From Eledone cirrhosa (lineage: Eukaryota): 64,000 bases of DNA. Below, piece after piece: positions 1 through 12,500 of this stretch (its first letter is position 1; every line of letters starts with the position of its first letter). The DNA is taken from NCBI GenBank assembly GCA_964016885.1, contig OZ024741.1:152582001-152646000 (forward strand), written 5' to 3'. The position numbers and the translations under genes are program-made. The notes under the pieces were generated by a model, which saw only the letters and a program-made list of their open reading frames with translations, was not told where the DNA came from and made no database searches.

Positions 1-34
1 CATGCGTATTCATACAGAGGTTGTTTATTTTTGT

Positions 35-374
<340 letters not shown>

Positions 375-658
375 GCGTATTCATAAAGAGGCTGCTGTTC
401 GGCTGTGAGCCGTATAAACAAAAATATAAACATCAAGAATATAATTACAATATACCTGAGTTGTTACCACTAAGCTTCGCCTGTTGTCGTTGCTACGTTG
501 CATTGTTGACTATAACAGTATGTGGTCTGTTGGTCACTGGTTCAATTTCTAGTATCTGCACTATTGACTGTGGGGTGATAGACGGATTTACACAGCGAAA
601 CTGACAAAATTCACTGTATATATTTGTACATATATATTTGTGTGTATATATATATACA

Positions 659-693
<35 letters not shown>

Positions 694-903
694 GTGTGTG
701 TGAGTGTGTGTGTATGTGTAGTAATTGAGTGACGAGAGAGAGAGGAAGAGATAGAGAGAGAGAGAGAGAAAGAGAGTATGAGGGAGAGAGAGTGATGTGG
801 GTAAATATGGAGGTTGTGTAAGTGTGTGCGCTGGATAGTTTGTTATGTGTGTGTGTGTGTGTGTGTGTATGTGTGTATATACACCCACCTATCTCTATCT
901 CTA

Positions 904-937
<34 letters not shown>

Positions 938-1409
938 CCTCACTTTCTCTTTCTTTCACCTCAATAGGGCGAAGGTCTACCTTTTATCAGTGTGTATCCG
1001 CTTATGTAAGTATACATACATACGTATATGCATACATACACATGCATACATATGCATACATACACATACCGCCCCATATATATATATATATATATATATA
1101 TAGCTAGCTACCTAAATATATATATATAGCTAGCTAGCTAGCTATATATATATACATATATATATAGATAGATAGATAGATATGTGTGTATAGGTGTGTG
1201 GTTTAGCGACCAATCAGATTAATGTTGGCGGTACGACCAAATTACGAAGAGCTTTAGAAAACCACATTAGCCCCACCCTAACCTTTACTTCTATCATTTT
1301 TATTGCTTTTCTTTCTGATTTTATTACTTTCTTTTATTCCTTCCTTTCTTTCCTTCTCACTTTTTTATTTATTTATTTATTTTCTGTTTACTTTTTCTAC
1401 TTTCTTTCT

Positions 1410-1821
1410 TTCACCCCCCCCCCCACACACACATACACACACACACACTCACAAACGAAAACACACAAACATACACACACGCACAAACACACACACACAA
1501 ACGCACTCAAACACAAACACATACACACACACACACATACACATACACAAACACATATACATACACACAAACAAACCCACACACACACACAAATACACAC
1601 AAACACACATACATACACACACAAACACACACACATAAACACTAACACAAACACCCATACTCACACAAACACAGATAAACACACATAAACACAAATACAC
1701 AAACACACATACACACATACACACACAAACACACACACAACCACATACACATGCACACACACATACACTTTCATACACACAAACACATACACACAAACAC
1801 ACACAAACACACACACACACA
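1410..1821. repeat. Degenerate (CA)n microsatellite
   Basis: Long ACAC/ACAT tract. Other (CA)/(TG) tracts at 661-870, 24325-24463, 27543-27606, 30797-30897, 42289-42562, 48540-48630, 49898-49957 and 51402-51505. Confidence 0.95.
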
Positions 1822-1909
1822 TATTTATATTTATATTGTATTTATTAATAGCTTACAGTACTTCACATCCTTTGATTCTAAGTTTCATGTCCGGTGTCAA
1901 TTCTCAAAC

Positions 1910-2527
1910 CGGTGGATTGGTAATATCGGTAGAGGGTCAGACGCCATGCTTTGCAACATAGAGTTACGGCCCTTTATGATATGTGTTCAAATCCCGCCGA
2001 GGTTAACTTTGCCTTTCATCCTTACGAGGTCGATAAAATAAAGCACCAGTAACGTACTGGGGTCGATTTAATCGACTTTCCCCTCCTCCCAAATTACTGG
2101 CCTTGTGCCTATACTAGAAATCATTATATGTTCTGGTGAGGGCGGTGGCTTGGCAGTATCGGTAGAGGGTCGGACGCCATGCTTTGCAGCATAGTTACGT
2201 CCCTTTACGATCTGAGTTCAAATCCCGCCGAGGTTGACTTTGCCTTTCATCCTTACGGGGTCGATAAAATAAAGTACCAGTAATGCACTGGGTAATTGCT
2301 GGCCTTGTGCCTAAAAGTAGAAACAATTATATGTTCTGGTGAATTGGCAGTATCGGTAGAGGGTCGGATGCTATGCTTTGAAGCATAGAGTTACGGCCCT
2401 TGCCATTCTGAGTTCAAATCCCGCCGAGGTCAACTTTGCCTTTCATCTTTACGGGGTCGATAAAATAAAGTACCAGTAATGCACTGAGTAATTGCTGGCC
2501 TTGTGCCAAAATTAGAAACAATTATAT
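1910..2527 (+). mobile_element. Three head-to-tail copies of tRNA-derived SINE family A (about 1910-2127, 2141-2330, 2337-2527)
   Basis: Each copy has an A-box-like TGGCAGTATCGG, a B box GAGTTCAAATCC, a central GCCTTTCATCCTTACGGGGTCGATAAAATAAAGTACCAG block and a GGCCTTGTGCC..TAGAAACAATTAT tail. Confidence 0.9.
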
Positions 2528-2538
2528 GTTTTATACAG

Positions 2539-2742
2539 CAGCCAGGTCAAACATGCGGCACGCGGGCCGTGTGCAGCCCTTTACAAGCACACCTGCGGCC
2601 CGCACAAAGGTTTTTACAGCGCAAACATGTTTTATTTTTGTAAAATTAGTTGTAATTGTCGCAGTTAGTTGTCGTGTGTGGCCCTCAGACAACACATATG
2701 TCACCCATGTGGTCCACGGGGCCCCTCAGTTTGACATGTCTG
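2539..2742. mobile_element. hAT-type (Charlie/MER-like) MITE
   Basis: TIRs CAGCCAGGTCAAAC / GTTTGACATGTCTG, internal GCGGCCCGC and GTGGCCC motifs, and an imperfect 8-bp TSD TTATACAG (2531-2538) / CTGTACAG (2743-2750). Confidence 0.7.
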
Positions 2743-2819
2743 CTGTACAGCTCTAATACGTTCGAACGGTAAGGCAATTCATATGCTCTATGTTACATAA
2801 GGTACCGTATTTCGCGGTT

Positions 2820-2978
2820 AATAATTGTTTCTACTTTTGGCACAAGGCCAGCAATTATCTTAGGATATTATTGATGCCTTATTTTATCGACTCCGTCGGG
2901 ATGAAAGGTAAAGTTAGCTTCGGCGGGATTTGAATTCAGACCGTAAAGAGGCGTAACTCTATGTTGCAAAGCATGATG
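2820..2978 (-). mobile_element. SINE family A, 5'-truncated
   Basis: Reverse complement of the tail (ATAATTGTTTCTACTTTTGGCACAAGGCCAGC), the central block and the B box. Confidence 0.85.
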
Positions 2979-3635
2979 TTAATAGTCACCTTCTACTGTT
3001 CAGACAGTCTCCAATTCAGAATGTAATAATTAGAAGAAAAAAATTATGACCCCCTAATACCAGTCGTATTTATTCCATTGACACATAACCTTATTTCAGT
3101 TTGAAATCCTCCCAAACGTGACGATTTCATAACGAACCAGGGTGGAAAACTATATTTAAATCAAATATACATACTATTAGATACAGAAATACGGCGCAGT
3201 TTGATACATAAGTACATTTGATAGGACTTGCTGTCACCTCCTGAACGCCTTGTTTTAGCTTCCCCCTCTACATTCTTCTGTGACACTAGTGTCCTTGTCA
3301 TTCCTTCTTCCTTTTCCGTTTTTTTTCTTTTTCTTCATATTTCCCTATTTGACAATTTCATTCTTTCTTCTCAATCTAAATTTTCTTTTTTTCATTTTCT
3401 ACTAAACTGTATTTACCGACTGAAACTTTTAAAGAAACAGTCTCAAATATATATTATCTTGTGGGATATCATATTATCTTGTGGGATATCATATTATCTT
3501 GTGGGATATCACCCAGTTTCCCTAGTCTCGCGGCGCCTTTAAAAATGTTGATATATATCTTCAGGCCAGATCTAACAGGCTTAGGATCATACACGTTCCA
3601 ACCAGCATCATCCACTTCCATTTCTTTTTTTCTCA

Positions 3636-3925
3636 AAAATGATGATAAAGATGATGGGAATGATAATGATGATGATGATAATGATGATGATGACGATGAT
3701 GATGATGATAATGAAGAAGAAGAGAAGGACGAAGAAGAAAGATGAGGGTGATGAGGAGGACGGTGCGGCTGATGGTGATGATCATGTTGACGGTGATGGT
3801 AATGGTAGCTGTGGTGGTGGCGGCAGTGATAATGATGTCACTGGAGTGGGGTCGGGAATGATGATGATGTCGGTGATAGTGGTGGTGGTGGGGATGATAA
3901 TGATGATATGGTGGTGATGAAGATA
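3636..3925. repeat. (GAT)n/(GGT)n trinucleotide low-complexity tract
   Basis: Visible degenerate triplet repeats. Similar tracts at 23060-23240, 23633-23770 and 57500-57885. Confidence 0.85.
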
Positions 3926-3989
3926 ACACCCAATAAAGAGTGATTATAATTGTAAAAGAAGCGTGTAAAATAATTTAAATTGAAAACAT

Positions 3990-4256
3990 AATGGGAAACT
4001 CTAAAAAAACCCGGCGACTTCGGAAGCATCCGATGATGTTGACCAGTTCTCCTTTTCGGGTAGCGTTTCGATGCTCAGAGAATGGGATTGGTCGAGTGCA
4101 AGGCCTTCTCCCACTTCAAAAAATCTTCAAAGCACAGACATTGCTTGTTCAGGATATGTTACAGGTTCGTGTGGTTGACCATAGCCTAAAAGTGCACCAA
4201 ACTCTATAATCTGACAAGCGATTGCAGTACTCTTAACAGAGTTTGCAGCCATTATG
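3990..4256 (+). mobile_element. Possible RTE-clade LINE 3' end
   Basis: Ends in GCAGCCATTATGTATG, matching the GGCAGCCATCATGTATG tail of the RTE-linked repeat at 50628. Coding similarity is weak. Confidence 0.35.
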
Positions 4257-4338
4257 TATGTAAGCATGCATGCATGCATGTTTTATGTATGTATGTTTGT
4301 ATGTATGTATGTGCGCATATATGTATGTGTATGTATGT

Positions 4339-4541
<203 letters not shown>

Positions 4542-4752
4542 TAAACGGAATAGAAAATGCTGACAAATTGTTCACAGTTGAAAAATGGTTTAATTAGGAA
4601 TAAAAGAGTATTAGTGATTGTATGGGTTAGTATTCAGTTGTGGTTTTAAGTTTTTAAGTTTTTACCGGTTGCGCATTTCTAAATGCTTTTCAAAAATAAT
4701 TAAGAGAGTATTGAAGTTTGCTTGAAGCATTGTGGAACAATAAGTAAATATC

Positions 4753-5165
4753 TATAAGTCGTTTGGAAGCCTCGACAATGTAAATGGGTAACTCTCCGGG
4801 TAACAAGGTCCGGTGGTGGAGAGAGAGATGTAAGTGGGTGTACGTTGAGATGCGTGGTGTTTATAAGATGTGTGAGATGTGTAGAATGAAGGGGAGACAG
4901 ACAACCTTTTCCCCACCCCGGAAAAAACCCCAGTTGATGGATGTAAATCCGAAATATATAGGGACTTTTAAATCTCTCCCAAGGTAACTCTCTCTTGTGT
5001 TGTTATTATTATTTTTATCCTTTTACTCTCCCCTTCATTCTACACATCTCACACATCTTATAAACACCACGCATCTCAACGTACACCCACTTACATCTCT
5101 CTCTCCACCACCGGACCTTGTTACCCGGAGAGTTACCCATTTGCATTGTCGAGGCTTCCAAACGA

Positions 5166-5171
<6 letters not shown>
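4753..5171. repeat. Inverted repeat with 145-bp arms (4753-4897 / 5027-5171), probable PLE fold-back end
   Basis: Arms are reverse complements with one mismatch seen. The right arm abuts (TA)n and the spacer holds a decayed hammerhead motif at 4928-4963. Confidence 0.9.
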
Positions 5172-5219
<48 letters not shown>

Positions 5220-5225
<6 letters not shown>

Positions 5226-5591
5226 TAAAAGGAATTCCAACTTTGTCTGATTTACTCGTTTTATTTACAATCCTTTAAAATTTCTAATGGTATTATAATG
5301 AAATAGTATGGTAGAATATTAAATTCTAAGTGTTAATTGAACAAGTACTTTCATGCTTTCGCAATCTTCAGGTTCATAATATGTGGTGACAGTCAAGTTT
5401 GCAATTTTCGAAAATTGCAAACTTGACTGTCACCACACATTGAACCTGAAGATTGCGAAAGCATGAAAGTACTTGTTCAATTAACACTTAGAATTTAATA
5501 TTCTACCATACTATTTCATTATAATACCATTATAAATTTTAAAGGATTGTAAATAAAACGAGTAAATCAGACAAAGTTGGAATTCCTTTTA

Positions 5592-5595
<4 letters not shown>
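5220..5595. repeat. Near-perfect 375-bp palindrome between two (TA)n tracts
   Basis: Centre GCAATTTTCGAAAATTGC (5401-5418). The arms match out to ATTAATAAAAGGAATTCC / GGAATTCCTTTTATTAAT with about two substitutions and one 2-nt indel. Confidence 0.95.
5440..5480 (+). ncRNA. Minimal type I hammerhead ribozyme motif (mirror copy on the minus strand at 5337-5377)
   Basis: TTGAAC-CTGAAGA-T-TGC-GAAA-GCA-T-GAAA-GTAC-TT-GTTCAA: 6-bp stem I, CUGANGA core, GAAA-capped stem II, GAAA, palindromic stem III. The cleavage triplet CUU is suboptimal. Confidence 0.75.
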
Positions 5596-5642
<47 letters not shown>

Positions 5643-6130
5643 AAGTTTGTCCTTCATCAGTGGCCTTCCAACCGTCACAGGCATTTCATCGCTTTAAAGG
5701 CCATATACTTCAGGTTGGTGCGAGCAACGGCTAAAAAAAGTCGTTGAGACACGTAAATAAAGGGGACGCTAGGGTAAACAAACAAAATGGTTTAAGCAAC
5801 AGAAAGTGATGAAGAAAGAGACAAGTTCCAGATTTCTATGAATATAAATTCGGTGAAATCGTGAACGAGAGAATAAAGACCATCAAACCTGGTTGAAATG
5901 TGAGCAAGGAAGGAATTTCGCACAGGTCTAACGGGAGGAAGAAGGGGTCTGGTCTGCGAATTCGGTAAACATAAGTTCTGTGAAGTCGCAGACGAGAGAG
6001 AGAGAGAGAAAAAAAATTCATACTGGCTTGGCCAAGAACGCGCGAGAAAAGAATACTGAATCACGCACACACACACACGTACACACATATACACACATAC
6101 GTACACACACACACTTATATATCATTGAGA

Positions 6131-6292
6131 GGTGACGGCGAATTGACATAGTCGTTAGAACGTCAGATAGAATGCTTTATGGTATTCGTTCAGGCTCTCT
6201 GCTCTCCGAGTTCAAATCCCGCGAAGGTCAAATTTCCCTTTCACCCTTTCGAGGTCGATAAAAAAAATACCAGTCTAGTACTGGGGTCGATT
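6131..6292 (+). mobile_element. SINE family A, older diverged copy
   Basis: GAGTTCAAATCCC B box and CCTTTCACCCTTTCGAGGTCGATAAAA..TACCAG block. Confidence 0.75.
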
Positions 6293-6544
6293 TTTCCTCT
6301 ATAACTCTTTCTCCTTTCCTCACTCCCATTTTCTATCTTTCTCTGGAAGAAATCTGTTGTACTCAGGCCTGGAGAGGGATGGGCTCCACCAGCCTCAAAA
6401 TGCCCAAGGAACGCCGTATGTCAATAGGACGCCCCTACGACTCTATCAGGAGTTACGGGTAACTTTTAAGGGACTAGTTATATTCAGTGATGAATTGGTT
6501 CCTGGGGGTGGGCGATAATTGTCAGTTTTTGAAACACTGTTTCC

Positions 6545-9500
6545 GCACCATCTACTGACCTCTACATTCCACCCCTTCCAAACCATCTACTGACCACTAC
6601 ATTACACCCCTTCCACACCATCTACTGACCACTACATTACACCCCTTCCTCACCCTCTACTGACCCCTACATTCCACCCCTTCCACACCATCTACTGACC
6701 ACTACATTCCACCCCTTCCACACCATCTACTGACCACTACATTACACCTCTTCCACACCATCTACTGACCACTACATTACACCCCTTCCAAACCATCTAC
6801 TGACCACTAGAATACACCCCTTCCACACCATCTACTGACCACTACATTACACCCCTTCCTCACCATCTACTGACCTCTACATTCCACCCCTTCCACACCA
6901 TCTACTGACCCCTACATTACACCCCTTCCACACCATCTACTGACCACTACATTACACCCCTTCCACACCATCTACTGACCACTACATTCAACCCCTTCCA
7001 GACCATCTACTGACCACTACATTACACCCCTTCCACACCATCTACTGACCATACATTCCACCTCTTCCTCACGATCTACTGACCACTATATTACACCCCT
7101 TCCACGCCATCTACTGACCCCTACATAACACCTCTTCCACACCATCTACTGACCACTACATTCCACCCCTTCCTCACCATCTACTGACCCCTAAATTCAA
7201 CCCCTGCCACACCATCTACTGACCACTACATTACACCCCTTCCACACCATCTACTGACCATACATTCCACCTCTTCCTCACGATCTACTGACCACTATAT
7301 TACACCCCTTCCACGCCATCTACTGACCCCTACATAACACCTCTTCCACACCATCTACTGACCACTACATTCCACCCCTGCCACACCATCTACTGACCAC
7401 TACATTACATCCCTTCCGCACCTTCTACTGACCCCTACATTACACCCCTTCCACACCATCTACTGACCACTACATTCCACCTCTTCCTCACCATCTACTG
7501 ACCACTACATTCCACTCCTTCCATACCAACTACTGACCCCTACATTACACCCCTTCCACACCATCTACTGAGCCCTACATTACACCCCTTCCACACCATT
7601 TACTGACCCCTACATTACACCTCTTCCACACCATCTACTGACCACTACTTTCCACTCCTTTCACACCATCTACTGACCCCTACATTACACCCCTTCCACA
7701 CCATCTACTGAGCCCTACATTACACCCCTTCCACACCATCTACTAACCACTACATTACAGCCCTTCCACACCATCTACTGACTCCTACATTCCACCCCTT
7801 CCACACCATTTACTGACCCCTACATTATACCCCTTCCACACCATCTACTGACCCCTACATTACACCCCTTCCACAACATCTACTGGCCACTACATTCCAC
7901 CCCTTCCACCATCTACTGACCCCTACATTCCACCCCTTCCACACCATCTACTGACCACTACATTACACACCTTCCACCATCTACTGACCCCTACATTCCA
8001 CCCCTTCCACCATCTACTGACCACTACATTCCACCCCTTCCACCATCTACTGACCCCTACATTCCACCCCTTCCACACCATCTATTGACCCCTACATTTC
8101 ACCCCTTCCACACCATCTACTGACCACTACATTCCACGCCTTCCACACCATCTACTGACCACTACATAGCACCCCTTCCACACCATCTACTGACCACTAC
8201 ATTACAGCCCTTCCACACCATCTACTGACCACTACATTACACCCCTTCCATACCAACTACTGACCCCTACATTACACCCCTTCCTCACCATCTACTGACC
8301 CCTACATTCCACCCCTTCCACACCATCTACTGACCACTACATTCCTCCCCTTCCACACCATCTACTGACCACTACATTCCTCCCCTTCCACACCATCTAC
8401 TGACCACTACATTACACCCCTTCCACACCATCTACTGACCACTACATTGCACCCCTTCCATACCAACTACTGACCCCTACATTACACCCCTTCCTCACCA
8501 TCTACTGACCCCTACATTACACCCCTTCCACACCATCTACTGACCCCTACATTACACCCATTCCACACCAACTACTGACCACTACATTACACCCCTTCCA
8601 CACCATGTACTGACCCTACATTCCACCTCTTCCTCACCATCTACTGACCAGTATATTACACCCCTTCCACACTATCTACTGACCCCTACATAACACCTGT
8701 TCCACACCATCAACTGACCACTACATTCCACCCCTTCCTCACCATCTACTGACCCTACATTCAACCCCTTCCACACCATCTACTGACCACTACATTACAT
8801 CCCTTCCCCACCATCTACTGACCCCTACATTACACCCCTTCCACACCATCTACTGACCACTATATTACACCCCTTCCTCACCATCTACTGACCTCTACAT
8901 TACACCCCTTCCACACCATCTACTGACCCCTACATTACACCCCTTCCACACCATCTACTGACCACTACATTCCACCTCTTCCTCACCATCTACTGACCAC
9001 TACATTACACCCCTTCCTCACCATCTACTGACCACTACATTACACCCCTCCCACACCATCTACTGACCACTACATTCCATCCCTTTCACACCATCTACTG
9101 ACCCCTACATTACACCCCTTCCACACCATCTACTGACCCCTACATTACACCCCTTCCACACCATCTACTGACCCCTACATTACACCCCTTCCACACCATC
9201 TACTGACCCCTACATTCCACCCCTTCCACACCATCTACTGACCACTACATTACAGCCCTTCCACACCATCTACTGACCACTACATTACACCCCTTCCATA
9301 CCAACTACTGACCCCTACATTACACCCCTTCCTCACCATCTACTGACCCCTACATTCCACCCCTTCCACGCCATCTACTGACCACTACCTTCCTCCCCTT
9401 CCACACCATCTACTTACCACTACATTACACCCCTTCCACACCATCTACTGACCACTACATTGCACCCCTTCCATACCAACTACTGACCCCTACATTACAC

Positions 9501-12500
9501 CCCTTCCTCACCATCTACTGACCCCTACATTACACCCCTTCCACACCATCTACTGACCACTACATTACACCCCTTCCACACCATTTACTGACCACTACAT
9601 TACAGCCCTTCCACACCAACTACTGACCACTACATTACACCCCTTCCACACCATCTACTGACCACTACATTACACCCCTTCCACACCATTTACTGACCAC
9701 TACATTACAGCCCTTCCACACCATCTACTGACCACTACATTCCACCCCTTCCACACCAACTACTGACCACTACATTACACCCCTTCCACACCATCTACTG
9801 ACCCTATCATTCCACCTCTTCCTCACCATCTACTGACCACTATATTACACCCCTTCCACACTATCTACTGACCCCTACATAACACCTCTTCCACACCATC
9901 TACTGACCACTACATTCCACCCCTTCCTCACCATCTACTGACCCCTACATTCAACCCCTTCCACACCATCTACTGACCCCTAAATTCAACCCCTGCCACA
10001 CCATCTACTGACCACTACATTACACCCCTTCCACACCATCTACTGACCATACATTCCACCTCTTCCTCACGATCTACTGACCACTATATTACACCCCTTC
10101 CACGCCATCTACTGACCCCTACATAACACCTCTTCCACACCATCTACTGACCACTACATTCCACCCCTTCCTCACCATCTACTGACCCCTAAATTCAACC
10201 CCTGCCACACCATCTACTGACCACTACATTACACCCCTTCCACACCATCTACTGACCATACATTCCACCTCTTCCTCACGATCTACTGACCACTATATTA
10301 CACCCCTTCCACGCCATCTACTGACCCCTACATAACACCTCTTCCACACCATCTACTGACCACTACATTCCACCCCTGCCACACCATCTACTGACCACTA
10401 CATTACATCCCTTCCGCACCTTCTACTGACCCCTACATTACACCCCTTCCACACCATCTACTGACCACTACATTCCACCTCTTCCTCACCATCTACTGAC
10501 CACTACATTCCACTCCTTCCATACCAACTACTGACCCCTACATTACACCCCTTCCACACCATCTACTGAGCCCTACATTACACCCCTTCCACACCATTTA
10601 CTGACCCCTACATTACACCTCTTCCACACCATCTACTGACCACTACTTTCCACTCCTTTCACACCATCTACTGACCCCTACATTACACCCCTTCCACACC
10701 ATCTACTGAGCCCTACATTACACCCCTTCCACACCATCTACTAACCACTACATTACAGCCCTTCCACACCATCTACTGACTCCTACATTCCACCCCTTCC
10801 ACACCATTTACTGACCCCTACATTATACCCCTTCCACACCATCTACTGACCCCTACATTACACCCCTTCCACAACATCTACTGGCCACTACATTCCACCC
10901 CTTCCACCATCTACTGACCCCTACATTCCACCCCTTCCACACCATCTACTGACCACTACATTACACACCTTCCACCATCTACTGACCCCTACATTCCACC
11001 CCTTCCACCATCTACTGACCACTACATTCCACCCCTTCCACCATCTACTGACCCCTACATTCCACCCCTTCCACACCATCTATTGACCCCTACATTTCAC
11101 CCCTTCCACACCATCTACTGACCACTACATTCCACGCCTTCCACACCATCTACTGACCACTACATAGCACCCCTTCCACACCATCTACTGACCACTACAT
11201 TACAGCCCTTCCACACCATCTACTGACCACTACATTACACCCCTTCCATACCAACTACTGACCCCTACATTACACCCCTTCCTCACCATCTACTGACCCC
11301 TACATTCCACCCCTTCCACACCATCTACTGACCACTACATTCCTCCCCTTCCACACCATCTACTGACCACTACATTCCTCCCCTTCCACACCATCTACTG
11401 ACCACTACATTACACCCCTTCCACACCATCTACTGACCACTACATTGCACCCCTTCCATACCAACTACTGACCCCTACATTACACCCCTTCCTCACCATC
11501 TACTGACCCCTACATTACACCCCTTCCACACCATCTACTGACCCCTACATTACACCCATTCCACACCAACTACTGACCACTACATTACACCCCTTCCACA
11601 CCATGTACTGACCCTACATTCCACCTCTTCCTCACCATCTACTGACCAGTATATTACACCCCTTCCACACTATCTACTGACCCCTACATAACACCTGTTC
11701 CACACCATCAACTGACCACTACATTCCACCCCTTCCTCACCATCTACTGACCCTACATTCAACCCCTTCCACACCATCTACTGACCACTACATTACATCC
11801 CTTCCCCACCATCTACTGACCCCTACATTACACCCCTTCCACACCATCTACTGACCACTATATTACACCCCTTCCTCACCATCTACTGACCTCTACATTA
11901 CACCCCTTCCACACCATCTACTGACCCCTACATTACACCCCTTCCACACCATCTACTGACCACTACATTCCACCTCTTCCTCACCATCTACTGACCACTA
12001 CATTACACCCCTTCCTCACCATCTACTGACCACTACATTACACCCCTCCCACACCATCTACTGACCACTACATTCCATCCCTTTCACACCATCTACTGAC
12101 CCCTACATTACACCCCTTCCACACCATCTACTGACCCCTACATTACACCCCTTCCACACCATCTACTGACCCCTACATTACACCCCTTCCACACCATCTA
12201 CTGACCCCTACATTCCACCCCTTCCACACCATCTACTGACCACTACATTACAGCCCTTCCACACCATCTACTGACCACTACATTACACCCCTTCCATACC
12301 AACTACTGACCCCTACATTACACCCCTTCCTCACCATCTACTGACCCCTACATTCCACCCCTTCCACGCCATCTACTGACCACTACCTTCCTCCCCTTCC
12401 ACACCATCTACTTACCACTACATTACACCCCTTCCACACCATCTACTGACCACTACATTGCACCCCTTCCATACCAACTACTGACCCCTACATTACACCC

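Noticed and set aside
1910-2000. tRNA genes at SINE heads
   Set aside because: A/B boxes are present but no cloverleaf, and they are always attached to the SINE body.
5645-5720. Minus-strand CTGAAGT..GAAA and CTGATGA motifs
   Set aside because: Stems II and III do not form convincingly.
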